From Bdellovibrionales bacterium (lineage in GTDB: Bacteria; Bdellovibrionota; Bdellovibrionia; Bdellovibrionales; UBA1609), in the NCBI GenBank assembly GCA_965219095.1, contig CBDCMT010000001.1:2112001-2176000 (forward strand): a DNA stretch of 64,000 nucleotides, given 5' to 3'. Shown here piece after piece: positions 1-10,452 of the stretch (position 1 is the first letter of the stretch; every line of letters begins with the position of its first letter). The translations under genes were made by a program, and so were the position numbers. The notes under the pieces are model-generated. The model saw only the letters and a list, made by a program, of their open reading frames with translations. It was not told the origin of the DNA and searched no databases.

Positions 1-1258
1 CTTGTGTATGCTTTATTCGTCCTTTCTTGCCATTTTTTTTAGGAAATTCTGGAAGCTCTTTTAAGCCTTTTGTAAGAATACTCCTATACCTTCTCTGAAG
101 AGTTTCGTACTCTTTTTGAGTCAGAACTCTTGACTCTTTTTTATGAACTAACTCCACAGTCTCTTTAAGAAGTTTTTTGAGATTTATAGCCCATTTGAAT
201 CCATTGCTTTCTTCTATAAATTTAAGCTCTCTCAAAAGGTGAGCCACACACAAAGCATGAGTTATCTTATCATAACAAAAGTAAGGACTCCAACAATCAT
301 GCACAAGCACTCCTGCATATCTATCCAAGAGACCAATATCTTTTATGGCTTCCCTTCCACCTGAAAGGTGGAGAAACTGCAAGACTAATTCTCCTGAACT
401 ATAAGTATGAATCCAGTAGTTTTTACCCTTAACCCTCATAGAGGTCTCATCAACATGAATGACCTCTGATTCAAGTATCTTTTCTTTCATCTGCTCTTCC
501 CAACTTTTAAGAAACTCTCCTAATTCAGCAATGTATCTCAACATAACTGCAGGAGAAATCATTCGACCTATAAGCCCCATGTAATGTTCCCCAACACGTT
601 GAAAAGACAGCATCTGAACTATAATGAAATTGATGATGGAAGCTCTAATGCCTACACCATACTGAAGAGGACCACTCATACCTTTAGGGAATTGACCTTT
701 ATTTCTAGCTCCACATGAGGGACAATCCTTAACCTCAGAAGTTACAGTATGGGTCTGAATTTCATAAAAAATATCAATCTTTTTACGCTTCTCAAGGCTT
801 TTTACCTCTGCTGTCTTTAAACACATCCCACACTGAGAACACTCTGAGGGAGAGACAGTCTCCTCACTGTTTGTATCTTTACTGTTATCAAGTCTAGAAC
901 CCTTTTTCTGACTCCCACTAGCTTTCTTATTACGATTCCCTTGACGACTAAAATCTTGCGAAGGAGGAAGACCGCTGTTGCTGGAATTTTTTCGAACCTG
1001 TTTTTCTAAAAGCACAACAATCAGAATGTTCACAACCTTAAAGAGAGATTCAAAAACCACAGAAATCTCAGTAGGCACAGAACCTTTCTTTGCAAGCTTA
1101 TCAAAGTCACTTCTTATATTTTCAATCTCATTTCTGATGGAGGTCTTATTTATTGTCATTTGAAAAAAGTATTTAAAAGAAAATCTGTAAGAGCAAGACT
1201 TTTATCTTAAAACAGGTCTAAAGTTAAGGATAACTGAACAATGTAGGTGAGCAGTTAC
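1..1258 (-). mobile_element. IS66-family single-ORF element (IS66-A), copy 1, cut by window edge; transposase starts at 1159
   Basis: Reverse complement of 61002 onward; terminal GTAACTGCTCAC at 1247-1258; inserted in IS630-B. Confidence 0.92.
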
Positions 1259-1574
1259 AAGAAAACTATCATGGAATTGTTTTAATGGACAGAGCCAGTT
1301 GGCATACCACAGAGACTTTAATAGTTCCTAAGAATTTATCTCTGATGCTTTACCTCCTTATAGTCCAGAATTAAATCCCATGGAACAAGTCTGGCAACAA
1401 TTACGAAGGATCAAATTATCGAATGCATGTTTTAAAAACTATGACCATATAGTGAATACTTGTTGTGAGGCCTGGAATACTTTTTGCGATCAAGAGGGCA
1501 GGATTAAAAAATTATGCACTCGATCTTGGGCAAAACAACAAGATGAATCAAGCTTGTAAATTAATTTGAACCTA

Positions 1575-2710
1575 TAGTGCTTCCGTTTAGGTTTTCAGTT
1601 TCCTAAGATAGAGAAGTTATCAGTTATCAAAGTTTCTAATTTAGATCTGTGTTTTCGTATTCCTCTAAAAAATTGACTTAAACTTCCCTTGAAATCGTCA
1701 TAGTTTTCATAATATCGATTCGCCGTGACCTCTTTTTTCATAAACTTCCAAAGCCTTTCTATAGGATTTAAATTCGGTGAGTACGGAGGAAGATAAACAA
1801 GTTTTATATTCAACTCTTTCGCTAACTTCTTGACAGACTTCGATCTATTGTATCCGGCCCCATCTAAGATAAGATGAATCTCTTTTTCATCGGGATGCTT
1901 CTTGCGAATATGATGGAGCATATCACATATGGAAACATGGTTAACTGTCTTATAACTCCTGACTACCGTCTTCAAACTATTGATCTCAATAGCTCCACAA
2001 ACATTCACTCTTTTTCTCCAGCCTGAATTGGTCTTCACTTCAAACTTCTTACCCTCTCTTATCCAACCATATGAAATCGTAGGGCCCCACTCAGGATGTG
2101 TGGAATCAGCAAAGTAAACAGGACCGTCTTTCTTCTTAATTCTCTTGTATTTACGCACAAACTTTTCCTGCTCTTCTTTCTTTGCCTTACCCGGTATCGC
2201 TGTGGCTTTTTTATAAGAAAAACCAAGGCGATGGAGAAGATCAATCACACCACTTGTTGAGTACGTAACACTAAAATTCTCCTCAATGAATTGGATGACA
2301 GACTGTGATGATGGAAAAATTCTTTTCTCTAATTCCTTTAAAAGCATTTTCTCCTCTTTCTTAGTTAAAAAGGACCTTTTAGGGTTGTAATTGTCGTTGA
2401 TTAAGCACTCTATCCCACCTTTGTTATAACGATTTCTACAGGCTCTTATCGTGCCCTCATCAATGAAAAGAAAACGGGAAATATCTTTACACAACTCACC
2501 TTTATCTAAATGGAGAATTGTCATAATCCTTTTTACGTATTTAAGATTTTTCTCTAGAGATAGTTCATAGAGTAAATCTTTTCGCTCTTTTTTTGATAGA
2601 AACCCTGACATATGAAACTATTTTTAAAAATAAATGACTTTTTATCAAGGCCTTAGAATAAAAACTAGACCTCAACTCAAAAAAAACGGAAAACCTAAGC
2701 GGAAGCACTA
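1575..2710 (-). mobile_element. IS630-family element IS630-A, complete copy
   Basis: TIRs TAGTGCTTCCG...CGGAAGCACTA; TA duplicated at 1573-1574 and 2711-2712; empty site AACCTATAAATT seen at ~53147. Confidence 0.95.
1595..2611 (-). CDS. IS630 family transposase (338 aa, intact)
   Basis: HTH N-terminus; YFADST, LILDGAGY and LPPYSPNLNPIE DDE motifs. Confidence 0.95.
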   Translation of the reverse strand: MSGFLSKKERKDLLYELSLEKNLKYVKRIMTILHLDKGELCKDISRFLFIDEGTIRACRNRYNKGGIECLINDNYNPKRSFLTKKEEKMLLKELEKRIFPSSQSVIQFIEENFSVTYSTSGVIDLLHRLGFSYKKATAIPGKAKKEEQEKFVRKYKRIKKKDGPVYFADSTHPEWGPTISYGWIREGKKFEVKTNSGWRKRVNVCGAIEINSLKTVVRSYKTVNHVSICDMLHHIRKKHPDEKEIHLILDGAGYNRSKSVKKLAKELNIKLVYLPPYSPNLNPIERLWKFMKKEVTANRYYENYDDFKGSLSQFFRGIRKHRSKLETLITDNFSILGN

Positions 2711-2956
2711 TATAAATTAAATTGTGTAACTGATTTTTTTTATTTTAAATTTTACCCTCACTTTTTTACACTTATTTTAACCCATCAATCGATTCACACA
2801 ACAATAGATATACATGAAATAAACATATCTTATGAAAACTTAACCTCCCCTCAAAAGAAGTTTTTTTAAAATCTCCTAACTGAAGCTTTTCCTTAAGTCA
2901 ATTTTAAAATTTTAAATTTGAACATAAAAATGTCGAATTAATTTCTGTAATTGGTA

Positions 2957-4321
2957 TAAGACATCCTATCTTGTATTTTTGAGTTCTTTGAGGCCCTTAC
3001 TGGCCTCTATCACCTCCGGTGATTGAACTCAAAAACATTCATTTTATTTGCTTTTATTTGCTGTGTTACATTAAAATTTTAAAAAAGAAGCACCTACTTC
3101 CCAGATGCCTTAAAATGTTATTCAAAAAAAAAAAAAAAGGAGGGAAGAGATGCTTTTGAAGACTATACTAAATGATTGTTTAAGATGGAAGTCTTTTGTA
3201 TACGGAGACATTTATTTTTCAAAAGATAGAAAGTCAATTAATGTTCCTATTAAGGCTCGTAAAAATGGCCAAGCTTTTTGTAGTGTTTGTAAGAAGCCCT
3301 GTTCAGTGTATGACAGCAGTAAATCATCACGGGACTTTGAATCCCTTCCTATTTTAAGTTACAGGGTGTTTTTTGTTTATTTTGTAAGAAGAGTTAATTG
3401 TCCTTGCTGTGGGGTAAAAGTTGAGTATTTACCTTGGGCCGATGGTAAGAAGAGTTTAACGATCTTTTACATGAAGTACTTAGCAGACTGGTGTCGTCAC
3501 CTGTCTTGGAAAGAGGTTTCTTGTAAGTTTCATGTCAGTTGGAATCAGGTCTATGCTTCGGTAGAATGGGTCGTAGAATATGGTTTAAAACAAAGGGTTT
3601 TAAAGGGAATACAAGCTATAGGTGTAGATGAAATACAATGGAAAAAGAACCATCAGTATCTCACCTTAGTCTATGAAATAAGCAAAGAAAGTGTTCGTTT
3701 GCTATGGATAGGAGAAAAAAGAACAGAAAAGAGTTTTAGAAAATTCTTTGATTTACTAGGAGAGAAGTCAAAAGATATACGGTTTGTGTGTTCTGATATG
3801 TGGAAGCCTTATTTAAAAGTCATAAAGGAGAGGGCAAGTGGAGCTTTACACATATTAGATCGGTTTCATATCGTAGCAAGACTCAATAAGGCTTTAGACG
3901 AAGTGAGAGCTTCAGAACACAAAAAAATGAAAGAAGACGGGTATGAACCCCTTTTAACAAAAGCTAGATGGCCCTTGTTAAAAAATGCAGAAAATTTAAA
4001 ATCTTATGAAAAAGTAAAATTAAGGCATTTAATACAGTACAATTTAAAAAGTATCCGCTGTTATTTTTTAAAAGAAGACTTCCGACAGTTATGGACCTAT
4101 GTTTCACCAACTTGGGCTGGTAAATTTATAGACAGTTGGACGAAACGAGTCATGCTTTCAAAAATTGAACCTATGAAAAGAGAAGCAAAAACCATACGAA
4201 GACATAAGCTACTTATTCTTAATTACTTCAAGGCTAAAAAAACCTTCTCCTCAGGGATTGTAGAGGGTTTAAACAACAAAGTAAAACTCACTATGAGAAA
4301 ATCTTACGGCTTTAGAACCTC
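2957..4321 (+). mobile_element. ISL3-family element copy 1: leader plus transposase, left end cut by IS630-B, right end deleted
   Basis: Leader 2957-3079 equals reverse complement of 17738-17860; coding part matches 16800-17654 until AGAACCTC at 4321. Confidence 0.88.
2976..3035. ncRNA. Candidate structured RNA/DNA three-way junction in the ISL3 leader
   Basis: Outer stem TTTTTGAGTTC/GAACTCAAAAA encloses hairpins GAGGCC-cttact-GGCCTC and ATCACC-tcc-GGTGAT; second copy at 17782-17841. Confidence 0.45.
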
Positions 4322-4379
4322 GATTTGGGCTGGAATACGCTTTGTGGGATTGCTCTCAGAAAAAAAGAGAAGGATGTGA
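3150..4379 (+). pseudogene. ISL3 family transposase, C-terminus replaced by out-of-frame IS1634 sequence
   Basis: Zn-finger CSVC/CPCC, IGVDE, VCSDM, DRFHI, SSGIVEGLNNK; native end KAIKIALYH...THRFF (seen in copy 2) missing. Confidence 0.88.
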
Positions 4380-5093
4380 TTAGAAAAATGATAAGGCTAG
4401 ACTCTATTGTTGATGTATCCCATCGCATCAGGTTATCAAGTGGTACCTTGTATGCTCAGAGCATTAATCACAATGTTGGAAAAATCAAAGGACGTTTAGT
4501 TGTTTGTTACAATCAAAGGAGAGCTTTAGATATAAGAGAATCTCGTTTGGACGAAATTGCAAACGCACAAATTCTTTTGTCTAAAAATAAAAATATAAAA
4601 CCAGGTTTGGAAAAATACCTTACTCCAACAGGAAGATTAAGAAGAGATCGGTTGAATTTAGAATCTGAGTTTGATGGTTACTCTTGTATATTTTCTACAA
4701 AAAAGATCTCTGCAAAAGATATTGTTAATTTGTACTATAAGAAAGAGATAATTGAAAAATCTTTTAGGACCTTAAAGGGAATAACAAATTTGAGACCAAT
4801 TCGTCATTGGCTTTACAACAGAGTTCAATCACATGTCTTTATATGCTATTTATCTTGTCTGATACTTTCAATTCTAAAAATGAAGCTTGAAAAGATGCAG
4901 ATGTCTCCAGAGGAAGCTCTTGAAGAACTCGGTAGCATGTATAATGTCTATCTTTATGACCGAAAAAATAAAACTAGACTTATCAAAACAGTAGCTTTGA
5001 ATAAAGTTCAAGAAAAAATACTAAGATCTATTGGAAAAAGTCTTGTCAAAAAAATGTCCGTCTGTAGTGTACATTTTTGAGCACGAACTTAGG
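4325..5093 (+). mobile_element. IS1634-family element, 3' half with right IR
   Basis: Near-identical to 34109-34877; IR ends CACGAACTTAGG at 5093. Confidence 0.9.
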
Positions 5094-5162
5094 TAAATTA
5101 GAAACTTTGATAACTGATAACTTCTCCATCTTAGGAACCTGAAAACCTAAACGGAAGCACTA
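5094..5162 (+). mobile_element. IS630-A right-end remnant (target of the IS1634 insertion)
   Basis: Encodes KLETLITDNFSILGT* and ends with TIR CGGAAGCACTA. Confidence 0.85.
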
Positions 5163-5181
5163 TATAAATTGCATAAGTGTA

Positions 5182-5229
5182 TCACTTGAGACAAAAAATT
5201 GCTGTGCAGAATTTTTTTGTCTCAAGTGA
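5182..5229. repeat. Long palindrome upstream of lptC (hairpin, terminator or operator)
   Basis: TCACTTGAGACAAAAAATT...ATTTTTTTGTCTCAAGTGA. Confidence 0.7.
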
Positions 5230-5264
5230 AAAGATTAATTTTTCTTTGATTCTTAGCTAAAAAT

Positions 5265-6188
5265 GTGTTAAAGTTATATATGTGGCTTAAAAAAGTCCTT
5301 TTAGGAACTTCCATTTTAACTCTCCTTATTCTACAGCTTGTCTTGATCTATAAGGATGTGATTGAAGAAGAAGAGCTTTCTAAAACACCACCGCTTCAGA
5401 AAATTCAAGGACTTTATGTTATAGGTTCAAACAATAGACAGAGAACTTGGAAGCTTTATAGTAAAACAGCGTTTTATAAAATAAAAAAAGAGTTTCTCTT
5501 AGAAACGGTTAGTGCAGAATTTTTTTTCAATAACAGCATATCCTTTAAAATTGTATCAGATAGAGGGAACCTTCATCTTCTTGAGAAAGACTTTGACCTT
5601 AAAGGTAACGTACAGATCGAATCAAGAAATAATTTAAGATTCTTTACAGATTTAGCTCGATATATATCATCTGAAAGAACCCTAAGAGCGGATAAAGTTT
5701 TTATTAAAAGTTTGAGTAAGGATGGTCTTTCCTTAAAAGGAGAAGAGCTTTTTATTGCTATCAATAAAAAATATCTAGAAATTGAAAAACCCTTAGTTTC
5801 TTCTAAAAATATAAAAATTAAAGCAAATAAAGCTTTTTTGAAAGATGGAAAAAAAAACATTCATTTTTCCGATGATATAGAGGTGGAATTACAAAGCTAC
5901 AAAGTTACAAGCAAGAAGGCCTTTTTAAGCTATAAAGATGCTTCTTTTACTCCACACTTTTTGCAAATGAGCAATCAAGTAAGACTTACTGGCAGGAACG
6001 TTTGGGCTGTTTCATCTAAAATGAAAGTGGATCTTCCTAAACAAAAGTATATTTTTGAAGGAAATTCAAGATTATTGTATAATTATAGTGAGCTTAAAGG
6101 GGAAAAAATTATTTTTTATGGAAAAACTAAAAAGCTTGATATAATTAAAGGGCAGTTGGAATTTCAAAGAGGAATTAAAGGTGAATGA
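5265..6188 (+). CDS. lptC: Extended LPS export protein LptC (probable LptC/LptA-like multi-jellyroll)
   Basis: N-terminal TM, LKGNVQI jellyroll motif, C-terminal LptA-like LKGEKIIFY; overlaps lptB. Confidence 0.72.
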   Translation: MLKLYMWLKKVLLGTSILTLLILQLVLIYKDVIEEEELSKTPPLQKIQGLYVIGSNNRQRTWKLYSKTAFYKIKKEFLLETVSAEFFFNNSISFKIVSDRGNLHLLEKDFDLKGNVQIESRNNLRFFTDLARYISSERTLRADKVFIKSLSKDGLSLKGEELFIAINKKYLEIEKPLVSSKNIKIKANKAFLKDGKKNIHFSDDIEVELQSYKVTSKKAFLSYKDASFTPHFLQMSNQVRLTGRNVWAVSSKMKVDLPKQKYIFEGNSRLLYNYSELKGEKIIFYGKTKKLDIIKGQLEFQRGIKGE

Positions 6189-6909
6189 GCTAAGAGTTCA
6201 TAATCTCTCTAAGAGCTTTAAAAGTAAAAAGGTGGTGAAATCGATTTCACTTTCTGTTCGCCAAGAACAGGTCGTAGGACTTTTAGGAGCTAATGGAGCT
6301 GGTAAAACGACAAGTTTTTATATGACGGCAGGTCTTTTGTTTTCTGATTCAGGGGAAGTTTTTATAAATGATCAAAGAATTGATCATTTATCTTTAAGCG
6401 AAAGAGTTAAAAAAGGTCTGGGTTATTTGCCTCAAGAATCAAGTATCTTTAGAAAAATGACTGTTGAAGAAAACATACAAATTTCCTTAGAATCTCTTAA
6501 CTCCTTATCTCCTAATGAAATTAAGAGTAACACTGATAAAATTATTACAGACTTTCATCTTAATTCTGTAGCTAAAAGTTTAGGTTATACACTATCTGGA
6601 GGTGAGAAAAGGAGAGTAGAAATTGCTCGTGCTATTGCCAGAAGACCTTATTTTCTCTTGCTAGACGAGCCCTTTGCAGGCATTGATCCTATATCGATTA
6701 ATGAATTGCAAGAAATGCTTTTACAGTTAAGAAAAAAAGAATCTCTGGGCATACTTATTACAGATCATAATGTAAGAGAGACTTTAAAGATTTGTGATTA
6801 TGCATATTTGTTAAAAGAAGGTGAGATTTTAGTCCAGGGGGATTCCAAGGCTGTAGTTCAGTCTCCTCTGGCCACAAAATTTTATTTAGGGTCAGATTTC
6901 AAATTATAG
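6181..6909 (+). CDS. lptB: LPS export ABC transporter ATPase
   Basis: GANGAGKTT, YLPQESSIF, LSGGEKRRVEIARA, DEPFAGIDP, ITDHNVRETL. Confidence 0.97.
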   Translation: MNELRVHNLSKSFKSKKVVKSISLSVRQEQVVGLLGANGAGKTTSFYMTAGLLFSDSGEVFINDQRIDHLSLSERVKKGLGYLPQESSIFRKMTVEENIQISLESLNSLSPNEIKSNTDKIITDFHLNSVAKSLGYTLSGGEKRRVEIARAIARRPYFLLLDEPFAGIDPISINELQEMLLQLRKKESLGILITDHNVRETLKICDYAYLLKEGEILVQGDSKAVVQSPLATKFYLGSDFKL

Positions 6910-6936
6910 AGTATAATATTATAGGGTATAATTTTT

Positions 6937-8412
6937 ATGGCAATGAAATTAAAAACTACTTTTAAACTATCTCAAAACCTAAGAATGAGCCAGCAACTTC
7001 AACAAGCTATAAAGTTATTACAGTTAAGTCGCCAAGAACTTTCTACACAAATAAAAAAAGAACTTTTAGAAAATCCTATTTTAGAAGAGACTGTAGAATC
7101 TAAAGAAAACGAAAAGGATCATTTATCACATTCAGATAGTGAAAACTATAGTGAAAAATCTGAACATAGCGATAATTCTCAAGATCAGAATCACATAGAT
7201 TTAGATTGGGAAAATTATTATAATCTCTCTTCTCATAAATCTACAGATGGAATAAAACATCGCTCTTTAGCATCAAATAACGATATTTCAAAGTACGAAA
7301 GTTTCTTAGCCCAGCCTCGTTCTTTAGACGAACATCTTGTGTGGCAACTTAATTTATGTGTTTTTAATGAAAAGGAAAATAAAATAGGTCATTTTATTAT
7401 TGATAGTATAGGTGAGGATGGCTACTTGAAAACATCTTGTGAGGAGTTGTCAAAAAATAGTAAATACAGTTTAGGAAAGATTAAGAAAGTTCTACAAATT
7501 ATACAAACCTTTGATCCTGTAGGTGTAGGAGCTCGATCACTAAAAGAGTGTTTGAGCTTACAAGCTCAACTCTTGGGCGAAACCAAAGAAGATTTAACAA
7601 TCCTCATACAAAACCATTTAAAACATTTAGAGCAAAAAGATTATAAAAAAATTGCTCAAGTCATGAATAGAAGTGAAGAGAGAATTACTGAGCTTTGTAA
7701 TATTATTTATTCTATGGATCCTAAACCAGGTCTTGCTTACTATGATCAGTCACCTAACTACGTCACTCCTGATGTATATGTTCGTAAAGTAGGGGATAGT
7801 TATGTTGTTATTTTAAATGAGGAAGATTTGCCTCGACTTTGTATTTCTAATCATTATAAGAATATTTTACAAAGCAATGGCTTAAAATGTACTTCTGAGA
7901 ACTCTGAAGTAAAAAAAACAAAAAAATACATTGAGAACAAATTGAACTCAGCTTTATGGTTGATTCGTGCTGTCAATCAAAGGAATAAAACAATCTATAG
8001 AGTTATGGAAAGTCTTGTAAAACGCCAAAGAGATTTCTTTGAAAAAGGCCCTCAGCATATAAAACCTTTGATTTTGAGAACGGTAGCTGAAGATTTAGAA
8101 GTCCATGAATCTACAATCAGTCGTATTACAAGCAATAAATATGTCAGCACCTCTTATGGAACTTTTTCTCTTAAGTATTTTTTTAGCTCTGGGATTGTCA
8201 GAAAAGATGGAAGCTCTTTGTCTACACAGACAGTTAAGTTGAAGATCAAGGAATTAGTCAAGAAAGAAAAGCCCAGCAAGCCTCTTTCTGATCAAAAACT
8301 TTCAGAAGCTCTTAAGAAAGAAGTAGGTATAAATCTTGCCAGAAGGACTGTAGCAAAATATAGAGAATCAATGGACATACTTCCTGCTTCAAAAAGAAAG
8401 AAGATAGTTTAG
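6937..8412 (+). CDS. rpoN: RNA polymerase sigma-54 factor
   Basis: LQQAIKLLQL region I, VHESTISR HTH, RpoN box ARRTVAKYRE. Confidence 0.98.
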   Translation: MAMKLKTTFKLSQNLRMSQQLQQAIKLLQLSRQELSTQIKKELLENPILEETVESKENEKDHLSHSDSENYSEKSEHSDNSQDQNHIDLDWENYYNLSSHKSTDGIKHRSLASNNDISKYESFLAQPRSLDEHLVWQLNLCVFNEKENKIGHFIIDSIGEDGYLKTSCEELSKNSKYSLGKIKKVLQIIQTFDPVGVGARSLKECLSLQAQLLGETKEDLTILIQNHLKHLEQKDYKKIAQVMNRSEERITELCNIIYSMDPKPGLAYYDQSPNYVTPDVYVRKVGDSYVVILNEEDLPRLCISNHYKNILQSNGLKCTSENSEVKKTKKYIENKLNSALWLIRAVNQRNKTIYRVMESLVKRQRDFFEKGPQHIKPLILRTVAEDLEVHESTISRITSNKYVSTSYGTFSLKYFFSSGIVRKDGSSLSTQTVKLKIKELVKKEKPSKPLSDQKLSEALKKEVGINLARRTVAKYRESMDILPASKRKKIV

Positions 8413-8421
8413 AGAAAAAAT

Positions 8422-8877
8422 GTGGAAGAAGCTTTTATAAGATCTCCTTTAGGGGTTTTAAAAATCATAGTTAAAAATGAAAGTGTTCTATCAGTTAAAA
8501 AAGTTCCTTCATTTTGCTATAAAAAAGTTCAAACCTCTTTCTATATGAAAAAGGTTATAAAAGAACTTGGGGATTATTTTGCTTCTGTGAGAACAAAGTT
8601 TCATATTCACCTTAGACCTCAAGGAACTGATTTTCAAAAAAAAGTTTGGAAAAAGTTAATGGAAATTCCTTATGGGAGGACTTTATCCTATTCAGAAGTG
8701 GCCTGTAAGATAGGGCATCCTAAAGCTTTTCGTGCCGTAGGACGAGCTTGTGGAAAAAATCCTTGTCTCATTTTGATTCCCTGCCATCGTGTTGTAGCAA
8801 AACAAGGATGTCTAGGGGGGTTTTCTATAGGCCTTAAAAATAAGAAATATCTCCTTTCTCATGAAAATGTGACTTGA
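8422..8877 (+). CDS. ogt: Methylated-DNA-protein-cysteine methyltransferase
   Basis: GTDFQKKVW, IPYG, RAVGRAC, IPCHRVV. Confidence 0.93.
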   Translation: MEEAFIRSPLGVLKIIVKNESVLSVKKVPSFCYKKVQTSFYMKKVIKELGDYFASVRTKFHIHLRPQGTDFQKKVWKKLMEIPYGRTLSYSEVACKIGHPKAFRAVGRACGKNPCLILIPCHRVVAKQGCLGGFSIGLKNKKYLLSHENVT

Positions 8878-8939
8878 TTTGAGACTCTCTGTTTCTCTGT
8901 ATGCTTTTTTACTTTAGAATAAAGTTAAGGAGGTTTTTT

Positions 8940-9242
8940 ATGAATTTAGAAATCTTATTCGAAGGAGTTGAGCACTCTGATCTTCTAACGGGGAATATAA
9001 AAAAACAGCTCTCTAAATTATCTAAATATTCTCAAAGTGATTTTTATGGAAAGGTTAATGTTAATGGGTTAAACCATCACAAGACTATTGAAGTTTCTCT
9101 GTACAAAGACCATGCTGAATACCATGCCACTGGTCAAGGTCGCTCTTATTTAGAGGCTATAAAAAATGTAGAGAAAAAATTGAGCCGTCAAATCAATTCT
9201 TTAAAGAATAAGAAAACATTTAAAAGAAAAATAGCAGCATAA
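8940..9242 (+). CDS. hpf: Ribosome hibernation factor HPF/RaiA family (short form)
   Basis: Downstream of rpoN; YLEAIKNVEKKLSRQI; SD AAGGAGG precedes ATG at 8940. Confidence 0.75.
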   Translation: MNLEILFEGVEHSDLLTGNIKKQLSKLSKYSQSDFYGKVNVNGLNHHKTIEVSLYKDHAEYHATGQGRSYLEAIKNVEKKLSRQINSLKNKKTFKRKIAA

Positions 9243-9268
9243 AAAACCCTGTTATAAAGAGACCTGTA

Positions 9269-9328
9269 GAGTCTGTAAACTATACTTCGTGTTTCAAAAA
9301 TCAGTTACACAATTTAGTTTACAGGTTC
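9269..9328. repeat. IS256-like terminal-repeat scar containing a half MITE
   Basis: GAGTCTGTAAACTA...AGTTACACAATTTAGTTTACAGGTTC; same motif at 22951-22981 and in the IS630-B tail. Confidence 0.5.
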
Positions 9329-9333
9329 TATTA

Positions 9334-10437
9334 CTAACTCCTCCAAGACTCCCAGTATTCTTTCCACTCTACTTGATCTAAGAGAGGTGTTCTTAAAAAC
9401 TCTTTTCTTGAATCCACCATAACAGCATATTCATTAGTGGAGGTTTTTTGAAGGATCGCTTCAAGAGCCTTAGGATGAGGTCCATGGGGAAATCCTGGCG
9501 GATGGAGGCTCATCATACCGGAATGTAAATTGTCTCGGCTAAAAAAGTCACCTTCGTGATAGAAAATCACTTCATCATAATCGATGTTTTGGTGATAAAA
9601 AGGAACTTTCAAAGAATCTTTGTCACTTTCTAAAGGTCTTGGTAAAAAAGAACACACCACAAATTCTTTTGCTACAAACGTTGTATGAACACTAGGTGGC
9701 AGGTGAACTCTATGACTCATAACAGGCATAATGTGCTCCATACTTAAGATAAAGGGATAAAGATCTCCCTTCCATCCTATAACATCGTAAATGCTCTCTT
9801 CATAATGAAATGTAGTCATTTTACCGCTTTTTCTCACAACAACTTTTAGTACAGGTTTATTTTTTACTTCACCTTCAAGTTCTTCTAAATTAGGTTTTTG
9901 TAAAGTGTTTTGATCATAAAGAGCATGCTGGCCTAACAGACCTCTTTCAGGCTCTTGGTAATGACTGGTTAAGTTTTCAATCACAAAAAAATCACTATCC
10001 TCATCACAACGGAAAGTATGGACTAAACACTTAGGTATCACAATATAATCACTTTTTTTATATCCTAATAAACCATACTCTGTTAGAATCTTTCCTTTCC
10101 CTTTATGGCAAAAGTAGATCAAATCACCATCAGCATTTCGAAAGCCTTCCTCAGTTTTAGAGTTTTCAACTTTTAAGGACTGCAAATAAAGAGTACAGTT
10201 TTGATTGTAAAGAAGTTTATGAAGCTCTTCACTAGAAGAAGGAAGAAGTTTTGCCAGATCAAACATACACGGTTTCAAAGGACCTTCGATAGAGGTCCAT
10301 CTTGTACTCGGGTTTTTTTTAATTAAATGAGATACAGGCCCATAAAAGCCTTTTAGCCCTTGTTCTTCTTCAAAACAACCCTCCGGGATTGCTTTATGTC
10401 CTTGTATCGTTGGTTTACCCTGTTTGTAATAATCCAT
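9334..10437 (-). CDS. hmgA: Homogentisate 1,2-dioxygenase
   Basis: FRNADGD, HLPPSVH, PFYHQNIDYDEV, HGPHP; follows hppD. Confidence 0.93.
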   Translation of the reverse strand: MDYYKQGKPTIQGHKAIPEGCFEEEQGLKGFYGPVSHLIKKNPSTRWTSIEGPLKPCMFDLAKLLPSSSEELHKLLYNQNCTLYLQSLKVENSKTEEGFRNADGDLIYFCHKGKGKILTEYGLLGYKKSDYIVIPKCLVHTFRCDEDSDFFVIENLTSHYQEPERGLLGQHALYDQNTLQKPNLEELEGEVKNKPVLKVVVRKSGKMTTFHYEESIYDVIGWKGDLYPFILSMEHIMPVMSHRVHLPPSVHTTFVAKEFVVCSFLPRPLESDKDSLKVPFYHQNIDYDEVIFYHEGDFFSRDNLHSGMMSLHPPGFPHGPHPKALEAILQKTSTNEYAVMVDSRKEFLRTPLLDQVEWKEYWESWRS

Positions 10438-10452
10438 AAAGCTTTCTTTAAC

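Larger units (their letters stand above)
1259..2956 (+). mobile_element. IS630-family element IS630-B, copy 1 (3' part), interrupted by IS66-A and IS630-A
   Basis: Matches 52836-53396; right end AATTTCTGTAATTGGTA at 2956 followed by TAA. Confidence 0.9.

Noticed and set aside
978..1163. 61-aa ORF repeated three times (also 23471, 61097)
   Set aside because: Antisense shadow of the IS66-A transposase start; recurrence reflects IS copies
2976..3035. tRNA or tRNA fragment
   Set aside because: Only two internal arms, no T-loop consensus or CCA end
3124..3138. 15-nt poly-A before the ISL3 RBS as a phase-variation switch
   Set aside because: Single observation in a defective IS; homopolymer error cannot be excluded
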